Positions 29,530 to 42,270 of a stretch of DNA of 64,000 nt are shown here, in pieces; within the stretch, counting starts at the first letter, position 1; the number at the start of each line of letters is the position of its first letter. Under the pieces are notes generated by a model that was not told the origin of the DNA, made no database searches, and saw only the letters and a program-made list of their open reading frames with translations. Source of the stretch: Eledone cirrhosa. Taxonomy: Eukaryota. The stretch lies in NCBI GenBank assembly GCA_964016885.1, contig OZ024746.1:87048001-87112000 (forward strand), written 5' to 3'. The position numbers were made by a program, and so were the translations under genes.

Positions 29530-31964
29530 TAAAGAATATTCTTTAAAAGACTCCAGTTGAATTTTCAATTTCTTTTCCTTTTATATATATATATATATAT
29601 AAACATAAATTATCGAGATTCGCATTTCGGCCCACGAAATAACGAAAAACAACCTCCGAGATGTGCGGCAAGTGAAGTCTCTATATATATGTTACCGAAC
29701 ATATGTCATTCTATATTGAAGTCACTCAACTGTTGAACACGGGTCCCAAAAGTACTGCTCTGTGTACATATACTGCTCTACTTAGTCCTATGCTCTAACC
29801 TGGTATAATTTCACTAGTAACATGCCGATGACAGGCGTAGTGCTGAAGAATGTATCGTTTTTAGTAGACATTGAGTAGATAGATCTGCCATGGAACGTAC
29901 ATATTTGTAAGATCCAACTTGGCAGCTACCATCAAGCACCAATTTTCTGTGAAAGGTTTTTTAAAATGTTTAAGACTGTGATGAGGTGAGCTACAAGTCT
30001 GAAGTTGTAGATTATCCTGCTGACCTTGTTCCAGTGTTCCCTCGCATCTTAGTTACTCATATCAAGCTACCTGGAGTGTTACTAGCCTGTTCCTAGTTGC
30101 ATTAGACAGATCTCCAGATAGTAGTAGGTTTTACCAAAATATAACCTAGGATAGACCATCAAAAACCATCAAGACTTGGCAATACTTCCATTACTCAGCA
30201 ACCCAGCACAACCATAACGTCATTAGGTGAGATCAGTGTTTCATAGTTTTCTGTAGAGAGGAATCAATATATACCATCAATACAAACCATAAAAACATAA
30301 TTTACTTGTCGGAAATTTGCAGCTGAAGTTTCGAAACTAATTTCATGTAATCTAATCATATGTGTCCGCAGTAAACGTGTAATCAATCAAATCTATCAAC
30401 TTCTCGTTTAAACTAATGAATATCGTGGCTAAATCCGATCTGGAAAAAATGCTTCTGATTGTCCAAGTCAGTTGCGGTGTATTTGGGAAATCCACAAAAT
30501 ATACACATGCTCTATGTTTTTAGGAAGTTATCTAAACATCTGAATATAAACCGCTAATCCAGCCTTGTTGGAGCCTAAAAAAGAAAATACTGCCATCTTC
30601 ATTTCTATTCGCATCCAGGAGAACTAACCTCTCTTCCGGGTTCAATATCTACTCATGTCAAAATGTATGCCTCTTCAAAACACAACTGCTAAATCATACT
30701 ACCCGAGCCGATAGAAACAAACGTAACACGTTAGTTGCTTAGAAAGTAAACGAATAATTGTTTCAGAAAGTGTGATGTCATAGCGAAGGTCTTCTTCATC
30801 CATAGGCAGTCCACCTGCAACTATATATACCATTATAACTGCGATATGCTGGTAAGCCAGTCTACGGGAAACGCATAATAAGTTGTTTCAACGACTTGAG
30901 TTTGGTGGATTTAGTTGTATGAGCTAGACGATCCTGAAATGCCAGGACAGTAATTTTAATTTTCCTATAATCTTCCACATTACGTGTGCACGTCCTTGCA
31001 CCCTTTTTTCAGCTCTCTATCAGCTTTTCCCTTAACAGATAGTTCGTTTATTTGCCTCGCATCTGTTCTTAATTCCTTGTGTTAGTATATGTCTTCCCGC
31101 CAGATAGCTCTGAAATTAAGAAGAGCTGTTTTATTGTTGCTGTTACTACTGTTGCGTCTGCTGTATCTATTTATTTTGAGTACATTTTGCTACAGATATG
31201 TTTCAAGCTGCTTTTATTTCATTTCGTTTTGCCGCACTTATTGTAGTAGTGGTCTCTGAACGGACTTGAATTATCGCACACCCAACTATTGTTGTTGTTG
31301 ATATTTCTACAGATTTTGTACATTGTGTTGGTTTGGTCACTTAGTTGAATCCATTGCCCATCCATTTGTTGATTACTTCGCTTTGCCGATGTGGAGCGAT
31401 ATTGATCTTCCATTTATTTCCGGCATGAGGCTGGACATTTTCCCTGGCTTAATGCTATGTAGTTTTGTCAAATACACTATTTTCTATTTTTCCAACACTT
31501 CACTTTTCTTTGTCATTTTCTTCATTTACGGAATCAGAATGTGTTGCTGCCATATTCTGGTTTATTCTAATGTTTTCTCTGCTTACTTGAATATTTTGTT
31601 TTGATGGGGGGGGGGGGGGGGGTGTATTTCTTTGGGATCTTCTTTGATGGTAAGGTTCGTCTTTCTTTGTTTGTTGTTGCTACCTTCCAAGAGTGTTGCA
31701 TTTGGTCTGCTTGCCTTATCACCCTCATTTTTTCGCATGTTTCAAAGCAGAAAAATATTCGGTCAGCAGATTCGAAGAACCGATAGGTCGAATACCTCAT
31801 CCGTAGCATTTCTTTGCTTCTTTGTTTTATTGTCCCTGGCTGTTACATTTGTTTCTGAACAACATTCAACAGAAGAGGATTTGAACACAAAAGAACCAGA
31901 ACAAGAATTCTTAAGAAGCACGTTCCCTATACTTCATTCCATCTATCTTAAACTACTAAAATGT

Positions 31965-32074
31965 CTAACAACAACGTCAACAACAACAGCAGCAACATTA
32001 ACAATGATAATGACAACGACGACAACAACAGCAACAACAACAACAACCATAGTAATAATAATAATAATAATAAT
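31965..32074. repeat. (CAA)n/(TAA)n microsatellite
   Basis: Directly visible. Confidence 0.9.
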
Positions 32075-32348
32075 GCTCAATGTTGTACTGAAGGAGAAGA
32101 CAATAGACCAGGGGATATCCAAGGAAAAAATAACAACAAGGAGGAAGAGCCACCTTCATGAAAAATCCCTTCATGGCACCTTCTTTAAGAAAACGGAATC
32201 CAGAGATGCACAGAGATGGAACTGGTTAAAGAGACCTTTAAAAAGCTACAGAAGGAATGCTAATAGCTGCACAAGAACAAGCCCTCAGAACGAAGTGGGT
32301 GAAATACCATATTGACAAGGAGGAGGCTAGCTCACTGTGTAGGATCTG

Positions 32349-32422
<74 letters not shown>

Positions 32423-33031
32423 AGACTGTGGCTCACATTGTATCCAAGTGTAAACACTTAGCCCAGGCTCACTATAAAGGCTGGATACATGATATGATAG
32501 GAAATGTGATTGACTTGCATTTATGGAAACTAACCAATTTAACACATTCTGAGAAGTGGTATGAGCATAAGCCAGAGTCGTTGATAGAGAACGATCAAGA
32601 GAAGGTGCTATGGGATTTTAGGATACAGAGGGACAATAAATTAGGACACAATAGGCCTGACCTGGTGGTTTTTGACAAGGAAAAATGATCGTACCTGATT
32701 GTAGATATAGCCTGCCCATTTGACACGAGTGCGCAAGAAAAGGAGAGAGAGAAAATTAACAGATACCAAGATTTAAAGTAGGAGTTAAAAAAGATTCGGG
32801 ACTGTCATGAGATCAAGGTCATCCTGATTGTCATAGGAGCACTAGATACTATCTCAAAGAGTTTTCAACGATGGTTAAAGAAGATTAGTCCAGTCCCGTT
32901 TTTTGGAACACTTCAAAATACAGCAAGAACCCTCCGATACGTCCTGAGTAACTGAGGCTGCAGGTAGCGGCTTGATATTCATTTGAACAAACTTTCCAGT
33001 AAAATAACATCAATGACAGAGACTCAAAGAG
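32075..33031 (+). mobile_element. 5'-truncated non-LTR retrotransposon, R4/Dong clade (CCHC knuckle plus restriction-like endonuclease), inserted in (TAA)n
   Basis: LHGTFF..WNWLK; EGMLIAAQEQALRT..CRICG..TVAHIVSKC; KWYEHKPE..VLWDFRIQRDNKLGHNRPDLVVFDK; DIACPFD..KEREKINRYQDL; IVIGAL. (TAA)n on both flanks, the known Dong target. Confidence 0.88.
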
Positions 33032-33049
33032 TAATAATAATAGTAATAA

Positions 33050-33250
33050 TGGTTTCTTATATAGGCATAATGTCAGCAACTTGGGGGGAGGGGAAAATCG
33101 ATTAAATCGACCCTAGTACGTGACTGGTACTTTATTTTATCGACCCCATAACGATGAAAGGCAACGTTTATCTCGGTGGGATTTGAACTCATATAATAAA
33201 GGGCCGTAACTCTATGTTGCAAACCATGGCGTCCGCTCCTCTACCGATAG
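33050..33250 (-). mobile_element. Family A SINE, long variant
   Basis: Reverse-complement consensus match. Confidence 0.85.
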
Positions 33251-33309
33251 TAATAATAATAATAATAATAATGATGATAGTAGTAGTAGTAGTAGTAGTA
33301 ATAATAGTG

Positions 33310-33340
<31 letters not shown>

Positions 33341-35035
33341 CAATAAGAGTGGTAGAAATATAACAGAAGCTTTTGATCTTTTTCCGTTTATATTATGATG
33401 TGATATTAAATATTTCTCATTCCAACCCCACATTACAGAACAGACTGAAAATCGTTCAAGAAAATGTTATTTTCTCTACCCGAAGAGTGGGTTTAGCTTA
33501 ATTGTCTTTCGGAAGATAAACCTAGCCTCATGTAATTGCCTTTCCTTACTCCATTAAGTAGAACACTAATAAATCTATCATGTCTGAACACGATGTTAAC
33601 GTATCCACCTTTGAAGATTAGTTGATATTGTGCGTGTGTGGTACTATACCTGACCGTATGTTTCTGTGTACACACGTGTATTTCTATGTACGTTTATGTT
33701 TGAACATTTGTGCGTTTGTTTGCGTGTTTATTTCATATATTTCCCCATTAAATGCGTACGCGTTCGTGCTTGTAACGCTTGTGTACGATATGCAATTTTT
33801 GCTTTAAAACCCTCTTTACATGAGCGATCATTAAATGTTTCTGTATCAGTTTAGAGGAATCGATTAAGAAGGCATATGAAGACGGAGAAGAGAATGACAA
33901 GGACATTTGCTTCCATTTCATAAAATATGCCAAGGGGAATATATTTGCTCATATCAGATGCATATGAGACTTCAGAATTTCAGAAAACACACTGAAAAAA
34001 AGAGAAATATGAATAGAGATAGTAACAAATACAGACAGGGGGATGAGTAAGAGATAGAGAAGAGGGGACACGTTGAGAAATAATCAAATAGAAAGAAATA
34101 GAAATGGAAAAAGTGGTAGAGCGAAGAGAGGCAGATAATACTCAAGCGATGTTAATAGTTCCAGAACATATATAATATTACTATTATTTTTATTGCAAGC
34201 ATTGTAAGTAGGTAGTTCACGTAAAATCCACTTGTAAACATGGATTCTGAATAAATACTAATTGAATGTATGCAGAAAATCCTGCTCGAATGGGTTTTCT
34301 TGATTCTTCTTTAAATCAATTATGTACAAGACATTTAGTTTAGATAATATTAAGAACAAATCTAGTTTTCCATTTTATCGAGATATTAATGAACATACTG
34401 CAAGTAAGAAATGTTTATGTAACTGAACTTTTATATTGAGAACTGAGACAAACTACAGATTCCATGTGAGGATAATATGTTATTGTGTTTTACATGCATG
34501 TACCCAAAGAAAAGAAAACTAAAGTTAATATCTACAATTGAAAAAATTAAAACCAGCGGCAATCCTTGTTTACGAGCAGCATTTCATTTACACTAAACTA
34601 TGTATTATGGATTTATTCCTACCCGACATCAAGCGAAACCATGAAATGAGCACAACATACCATTGGTATAAATTATGCCAATGAGAGAGAGTGGGCGTCA
34701 ATAAATATTGTCAATATTTTTGCTAGAAATAAGAATAATTTACTCCACAGTACCCTATATAGAAAAGGGAAAAACACATTCCGTCCTTTAGCCTGAGTTA
34801 AAATATCTAGAAGGTCAGGAGTAGAATGGCATTGATGAAAACATATGTTAGATAAAGGTAGATCTATAAGCCAGCAGTTAAAATGACTGATATACACAAG
34901 TTATAAATTTTAAAGCGGGTGAAGGTTTTATGCAATGGTCGTAGGGTCAAATATAGATTCAAATGGATTGACTATAAAATATATATTCCAGGGTATCGAA
35001 TTTCTTCGAATGTTATATATTCTAATACGAGTATA

Positions 35036-35248
35036 GTTGTTCCTACTTTAGGCACAAGGCCAGCAATTCTGAGGGGATAGTCGATTAAATCGAACCCTTT
35101 ATCACTGGTGCTTTATATTATCGACCACGTAAGGATGAAAAGCAAAGCTAATCTCGGCGGAATTTGAACTCTGTACGTAAAGAACCATAACCCTATGCTG
35201 CAAAGCAAGGTGTCTGATGATCTACCGATTCTAAAATTCCAGCGCCAG
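35036..35248 (-). mobile_element. Family A SINE, long variant
   Basis: Reverse-complement consensus match. Confidence 0.85.
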
Positions 35249-35766
35249 ATTATAATATAGTTTTGATATAGTAACCACAAAATGTCTTCGGAACTGTCGA
35301 ACACACTCGCTTCAGTAGTTAACAGATAAATATGTCTGCAAAATATTTGACTTCAAAGTGAGAGAAAAATAGAAAAACACGTATCATAGTGTATTATCAA
35401 TCTCATGCGGTATTGAAACAGGTTTGCATCTCAAATGGAGAAGAATATATTTGCCAAAGACATTCTTAGAAATAAATTAAACAATTAAAACTGAGGATGT
35501 GTGCAATTGATAAGACTGGTCTACAAGGTTTTTGGTGTTTAGGAAATAGACATCATTCCTATACAAAATCGGTCTCCTGAATCCAAATATAACCTTCTCT
35601 TTGACCTATCAGATCTGGATTTTACGTTATTGAGCATCCCTATAGTCACTATATGTGTGTGTAGTCCAGTACGCAGTGTTTGTTACCTTATTCTAATTCT
35701 AACTTTTTTTTCTTTTTCCATACTTTTTAGATGTTGTGGTGAACTAAGCATTAGAAAATGAGAAAG

Positions 35767-36084
35767 ATGTCCTCTTCAAGAAAGGGTTGCATTAATTCTG
35801 CAAATGTGTATTGTTATGTTTGTGGAGAATACACATTACCTGAAAATCGAAAAGAAAACATCACTGATTTTGTTGAAAGAGCGTATATGGCATATTTTTG
35901 GGTCAAGCTGTGAGACCAAGAAAAATATTGTTGGGCACTGCATAGTGTCTGTAAATAATGTACAGAACATTTTTGATAATGGACTTAATGGGCAAGGAAA
36001 AGTATGAGGTTTGCTATACAAATGGTATGGCGGGAGCGCTATAAGCACGTGGACGACTGCTATTTTTGTAACCTAAATGAGACA
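35767..36084 (+). pseudogene. N-terminal zinc-binding region of a decayed Chapaev3-type transposase
   Basis: MSSSRKGCINSANVYCYVCGEY..AYMAYFWVKL*DQEK..WALHSVCK*C..MRFAIQMVWRERYKHVDDCYFC, matching the recalled C..FCYICG..YFG..GDQDK.WAPH..C..C..PMVWREP..H..DCYFC pattern. Confidence 0.75.
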
Positions 36085-36416
36085 ACTACACACACACACG
36101 CACACACACACACACAGTAGCATTCCACCATACGAACATACTACACTGCCAATACAGATGAACAAGGCAACAGCACACACACACACACTCAAGCGAGATA
36201 ACAACACACGCACACACACACACAGTAACATTTAACAAACAGGCAGAGAATGGCCTGAGAGCTAGCGCCATCCCACTCCCTCATTCGGCCGCTGACCTCT
36301 GTACGACCGACCCCATTTCACGCGCACGCGCGCTCTGCCGAATACCTCAGATATTCAAAACAACAAACAGCGAAAGACGCGTTCCGGACTCGTCCGACAG
36401 ACAACCTTTTCCCCCA

Positions 36417-36465
36417 CCCCTGAAAAAACCCCCAGTTGATGGATGTGAATCCGAAATATATAGGG
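36417..36465 (+). ncRNA. Degenerate hammerhead motif
   Basis: CCC-CTGAAAA..GGATgtgaATCC-GAAA-TAT-ATA-GGG. Stem I CCC/GGG, core G8 changed to A. Confidence 0.45.
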
Positions 36466-38009
36466 ACTATTAAATATCTCCCAAGGTAACTCTCTCTTGT
36501 GTCGTTATTTTTATTTTTATCCTTTATACTCTTCCCTTCATTCTACACATCTCACACATCTTATACACACCACGCATCTCAACGTACACCCACTTACATC
36601 TCTCTCTCCACCACCGGACCTTTTTACCCGGATATTTACCCATTTGCATTGTCGAGGCTTCCAAACGACTTAAAGATATTTACTTATTGTTCATATATAT
36701 ATATATATACATACGTATATATATATATATATATAACATTTCACACATAGTTAACAAATAAAAGAGAAACACCCACTATATATACAGAGCAATTCAACTG
36801 CAGCAGTTTCATAGCATATTTCGCCTGAAAATCTGTGTTGAGCTGCAAATTACTTGGCATTAATAACGTTAAATATTTTTAGGGTTTATAGATAGAATCG
36901 ATTTCATTGATATCAGTATTTCGTCTTAATTGCGCTATATTCACAAACAGGAACAATGTAAAATAAGAACTAAAACGAGGACGAGAGAGAGAAAAGACGC
37001 GGTAGAGAATTAAGTCAATTATACATGGCTGGATGTTGGATCTCAGTTGCACACCACAGATAGAATGAGGTATTCTTGGCCGGGGAGAGCGGCTGCTTAT
37101 ACCCACAGCATCAGCCATTCCACTTTAAGGTGCTTCATCCTCAAATGATGTAATACCATCCAATGAAATATCAACGTCATTCACTGACAGAAATGGTATT
37201 ACCCGCCTTTACTGAGGCTACCACCAAAATCTACCATAATTTAAACAGATTTTACGGTGGGACGCATATGTTTCGACCTTTATATCGAACCACATATAAT
37301 TAACTGCACTCAGCCGAAGTGCAATATAACTATTATATAACCGAAAAAATGCGGGATGCTTTTACTAATTCGACAATGACCATTCCATACTATATCTTGT
37401 GTGAATCTGACCTAGGTGTATTTAACAAGAACAGGATCAACACAATTCTGCAAGCCAGAATTGCAGTTTTGTTTATGTTTGTATAAAGTTTGCCAAGTCC
37501 TGAGGAAATGACATGATTGGAATCTTATCTCAGTGGAACATTATTTGATAGCCGTGTAAATCATCCGCTCTGAAGAGTTTTTTTCAACCAGGGAGAACAT
37601 GACACTTTTATGGATCTCGAACGACAAGGAAAAGTTAATTTTGTAGAACTTTTATGTTATATACAAATGGCAGGTCGACAATGGAATAAAAATAAATTCT
37701 GTAATAAATGGAATGGAATAGAATGGCACACAACGGATAAAAACAGTTAGAAATATTGTTGAAGTTCCATAAAAAGTTTCACACTAATACGCTATGTGGT
37801 AATTTTGAGTAACAAACCTATTTTTTATCAGAAACGTTTAATGGCAACAACAAAATGGATCTTATGAAGTTTAGCTGCTGTTTATTCCCAAGTTAACTCT
37901 TATCCAGTAAAATTATAATTCAAGCCGCACTAGCCATAATCACCTTGTAGTTCTTTACAGCATAGTGTATCTATGACTACATTATTCATACCCTCTGGTT
38001 ATTAATAAA

Positions 38010-38068
38010 TATATACATATACATACATGCATACATACATACCCATTTATATATATATACACACACAT

Positions 38069-38121
<53 letters not shown>

Positions 38122-38213
38122 CATACACACATATATATATATATATATATACACATATATATATATATATATATAATCTATATGTATGTATATATATAAA
38201 TATATATACACAC

Positions 38214-38248
<35 letters not shown>

Positions 38249-38249
38249 C

Positions 38250-38281
<32 letters not shown>

Positions 38282-39026
38282 ATATATGTATGAATGAAGT
38301 TATTACATAACTAATGTATATATATATATATATATATACTCATTCTCTCCACTATATATATTTAAGTGTGTGTGTGTGTGTGTACATATATTAATAATTA
38401 TTACAGAGCTATAACTTTATACAGAACGTATTACACACAAGCATTGAACAAACAATAAATTCACATTATGAGGGGAGACCATAAAAATTTCTTCCCAGAA
38501 AAATTCAGAAGATTAATTTTTAAGATCCCATATTATAAAACTATTTGAAAAATGTGTAGAGATCAAAACCATCTAACCTTCCCCAACACAATAAAATCAC
38601 CAACAACAAAAACAACTATTTTCTACGTGAGAACAAACATGGCTTCTTTCTTTGTGGTAGAAATTGCCTAGCACTGTTATTCAGCAAGAAATATTAAAAC
38701 TTATGGAAAATACTGATATTAAATAGTTTAGAAATGCTTTTGATCGTGCTGAAGTTATCGCTTTATCGTGTGTTTAATGAATATTTCTTTCGTTTTTTTT
38801 TCTCCGATGATTTCTATATTTCATTTATCTCCTCTTCCTTTAAATATACAACACTGTGTGTGTTTGTGTGTGTGTGTGTGTGTGTATGTCCGTCCAAGGG
38901 TGTGTGTACATTTGTTTGTGTAAGTTCGTATAGGATACAACACATGACAATATCTCGTTCATTCAACCACTTACTTTCTATCTCTCGATCTATCAGTTGA
39001 TAACCACCGCCATATATATATGTATG

Positions 39027-39067
<41 letters not shown>

Positions 39068-39095
39068 TTTGTTTAAACTTTAATCTGTTATTTTG

Positions 39096-39133
<38 letters not shown>

Positions 39134-39369
39134 CTATATATATATATACATATCTATATATATTATATATATATATTTATATTACATATTATATTATATA
39201 CATATTATATATATTATTATATATATATATATTATATATATATATTATTATATATATATATATTATATATATATATGATATATATATATATATGTTATAT
39301 ATATATTATATATCATATATATATATATATTTTATATATTTTATATATATTTCTATATTATTTATGTAC

Positions 39370-39403
<34 letters not shown>

Positions 39404-39588
39404 GCATATATTATATATATAATATATATATATATATATAATATAATATATATATATGTATATATATATAAATGCAATATAATATTATATATATATAAAT
39501 ATAATATAATTGTTTCTACTTTTGGCACAAGGACAGCAATTACCCAGTACATTACTAGTACTTTATTTTATCGACCCCGTGATAATAC

Positions 39589-39623
<35 letters not shown>

Positions 39624-39650
39624 TGTATAATATTATATTATATATAATTT
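38010..39650. repeat. TA/CA microsatellite-rich region with partial SINE remnants at about 39508-39580 (-) and just after it at 39650-39710 (+)
   Basis: Directly visible. Confidence 0.8.
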
Positions 39651-39721
39651 AAATCCCGCCGAGGTTAACTTTGCCTTTCATCCTTACGAGATCGATAAAA
39701 TAAAGTACCTATATATATATA

Positions 39722-39917
39722 GGAAAAAGTATGATCCCGACGGCAGAGCTCAAGCCGTTTCGACGGCTATTTCTGGGCATAGTCCAGAAACAGCTGTCGA
39801 AACGGCTTGAGCTTTGCCGTCGGGGTCATACTTTTTTCGATTACCAACTCTACTACCTTAAGTATTGAGTATCCTGGTGCGTTATGGTCCATCTGGTTCC
39901 TTACCACAACTCCTTCG

Positions 39918-39918
<1 letters not shown>
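39722..39918 (+). mobile_element. Short fold-back element (family P1): about 55-bp palindromic head plus about 80-bp tail, in (TA)n
   Basis: AAAAAGTATGATCCCGACGGC..TTCTGG / CCAGAAA..GCCGTCGGGGTCATACTTTTT. The arm contains GAAAC-GGC..GCC-GTC. Tail GTATTGAGTATCC..ACCACAACTCCTTCG. A reverse copy lies at 57137-57340. Confidence 0.85.
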
Positions 39919-39970
<52 letters not shown>

Positions 39971-39971
<1 letters not shown>

Positions 39972-40006
39972 ATAGGATGGCTGTACCGCCGTGTCTCATG
40001 GATGGT

Positions 40007-40038
<32 letters not shown>

Positions 40039-40074
40039 CAATAGGATGGCTGTACCGCCGTGTCTCATGGATGG

Positions 40075-40113
<39 letters not shown>

Positions 40114-40149
40114 CAATAGGATGGCTGTACCGCCGTGTCTCATGGATGG

Positions 40150-40201
<52 letters not shown>

Positions 40202-40939
40202 CCATCCATGAGACACGGCGGTACAGCCATCCTATTTTCGATACTCGATCTTTCTAATATATTTAGCTCTGGACATAGCTATCCACCAGTTAATTTTATT
40301 GCTCATTTTTTGTCGATTCTATTGAGTGATGAATAGCTTTTGTTTTATTTTAACATATCTATTGAGCACTCTAATTCGATATGTGTATTTCCACATTCAC
40401 TCGAATTGTTTTCGCGGATATAGGGGTTATCTCCCTTGTCTAATGCCATGTGCGTTTTTCACTGGTAGTTAGCTCCTCTACCGCCAGGAAAAAAGCTCGC
40501 TGAGAAAGTAAAACTCCGTTCCGCTTGCTCTAGTAGGCTTTTATAATTATATGTGAGCTGATAGAGTACAGTCTAAGGATTTACAGAAACCCATGAAGCT
40601 AGATTTAACACCTGTCTAGTGGGTCCGGGTATGATTTTACATTCATTTAAATTATTGACGTATTGTTTTATTGATATTTTTTATCTGTTTGTCCCGAATC
40701 TTCCTTTATCGATTTTATATCGTATGGTTGATTGTAGACTTGTTCTATATGTGACGGTATTTTAACGATAGTTATAGCTCTGATTCATCTGAATTATTGA
40801 GCCCTCTGCCACTCATGTCGAATCTCGTTTATCGTGAACTCGTGCGCCGATTTTTCGATACTCGATCTTTCTAATATATATATATATATATATAAATATA
40901 ATATAATAGGATGGCTGTACCGCCGTGTCTCATGGATGG

Positions 40940-40941
<2 letters not shown>
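39971..40941. mobile_element. (TA)n-embedded element with 37-bp terminal units (3 tandem direct, 1 inverted, 1 distal direct) and a 27-bp internal direct repeat
   Basis: AATAGGATGGCTGTACCGCCGTGTCTCATGGATGGTT at 39971, 40040, 40115 and 40905, with its reverse complement at 40200-40236. TTTTCGATACTCGATCTTTCTAATATA at 40235 and 40852. Confidence 0.8.
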
Positions 40942-40974
<33 letters not shown>

Positions 40975-40976
<2 letters not shown>

Positions 40977-41340
40977 CATCTCAATTTCTATTCTGTTCGA
41001 ACCGGAGGGAGAAACGTCAAAATTAATGTCAGTCTTTTGACAACTGTCTTTTTGAACTATCTTAATAAATGTACTCGTTTGTCTCCCTTGATCTATCCAA
41101 CCGTGTAGAGGCTTCCATAACACCAGATGTGAGGATATTGCGTCAGGAGTTTTCACAAAAAGACATCTTAACCGCAATCGCCGCTTAGGTATCGTTTGGG
41201 GTAACTCTGACAGAGCATCATAGATTAGTGTAGGTGAGGCTGTTTGAGTGATGTTCAGAATAATCCATTCTATCGGATTTTGTAATCCATGTGTCAGTGT
41301 CCATGTTTCAGAACATTATCCAAATCAGATTCGAACTTTG
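40975..41340 (-). mobile_element. RTE-clade LINE 3' fragment
   Basis: SSHLVLWKPLHGWIDQGRQTSTFIKIVQKD resembles the RTE C-terminal LW.P.HG...GRP..T(Y/F)I...L..D motif. An upstream SETWTLT motif is present on the - strand. Confidence 0.65.
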
Positions 41341-41894
41341 GTAAAAATTATCTGATCATAATACAGTTCTAAGTAGTGCATATCAAACACCCACACACAC
41401 ACAATGACTCACACACATATACTTAGACACACATACACATATACAAACACACACACATATTTGTGTAAATGCATATGATAGTCATATATTAGAGAGTGTA
41501 AACATTATTTCGTAGATGCAACGAGAAGACAGAATCAAGGAAATTGGGATAGACTTATATTTCCGTGTATTATAGATAAAAGCGTAAATATAGTATAACC
41601 CGATTCACAAGAGTAAACCAAATCAAAGAGTTCATACATGAAGATAATTATATAGGAATATTATATATATTTATCTATATATTCTATATATTTATCTTCT
41701 CTCGACAGAATGATGTCTTTCATACGATTACAATACACGATATGTCACATTTTGCTTCATCGGTATATGATATAATATAGGTAGCTTTCTAATGTTCCAT
41801 GTTTAATATCCGTTTGGTGTCGTTGGGATTAAAAACTCTGATATTTATTGAAAGAAACTAGACCCTCCATTCAGACTGATGACGTACCAATATG

Positions 41895-42270
41895 TGGGAT
41901 TGGCAGTGTCGGTAGAGGGTCGGACGCCATGCTTTGACGTATTTTGCCCTTGCCATTCTGAGTTCAAATCCCGCCGAGGTTAACCTTGCTTTTAATCCTT
42001 ACGGGATCGTTAAAATAAAGTACCAGTAATGTACTGGGTATTTGCTGGCCTTGTGCCAAAAGTAGAAACAATTATGTATAAGACGGTGGATTGGCAGTAT
42101 AGGTAGAGAGTCGGACGCCATGCTTTCCAGCATAGTTACGTCCCGTTACGGTCTGAGTTCAAATCCCACCGAGGTTCACTTTGCCTTTCATCGTTACGGG
42201 GTCGATAAAATAAAGTACCAGTAATGTACTGGGTATTTGCTGGCCTTGTGCTAAAAGAAGAAACAATTAT
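41895..42270 (+). mobile_element. Two tandem family A SINEs (about 41895-42073 and 42081-42270)
   Basis: Consensus matches. Confidence 0.9.

Noticed and set aside
29900-31950. Possible old LINE remnants on the minus strand, including a knuckle-like YNKCGK
   Set aside because: Too decayed to assign by eye.
31632-32315. 227-aa ORF with hydrophobic and poly-Thr stretches
   Set aside because: A chance fusion of unique sequence, (CAA)/(TAA) repeats and the start of the Dong fragment.
39971-40151. CRISPR-like array of three 37-bp direct repeats
   Set aside because: Spacers are (TA)n, the context is eukaryotic, there are no cas genes and the repeat also occurs inverted. Better explained as transposon end modules.
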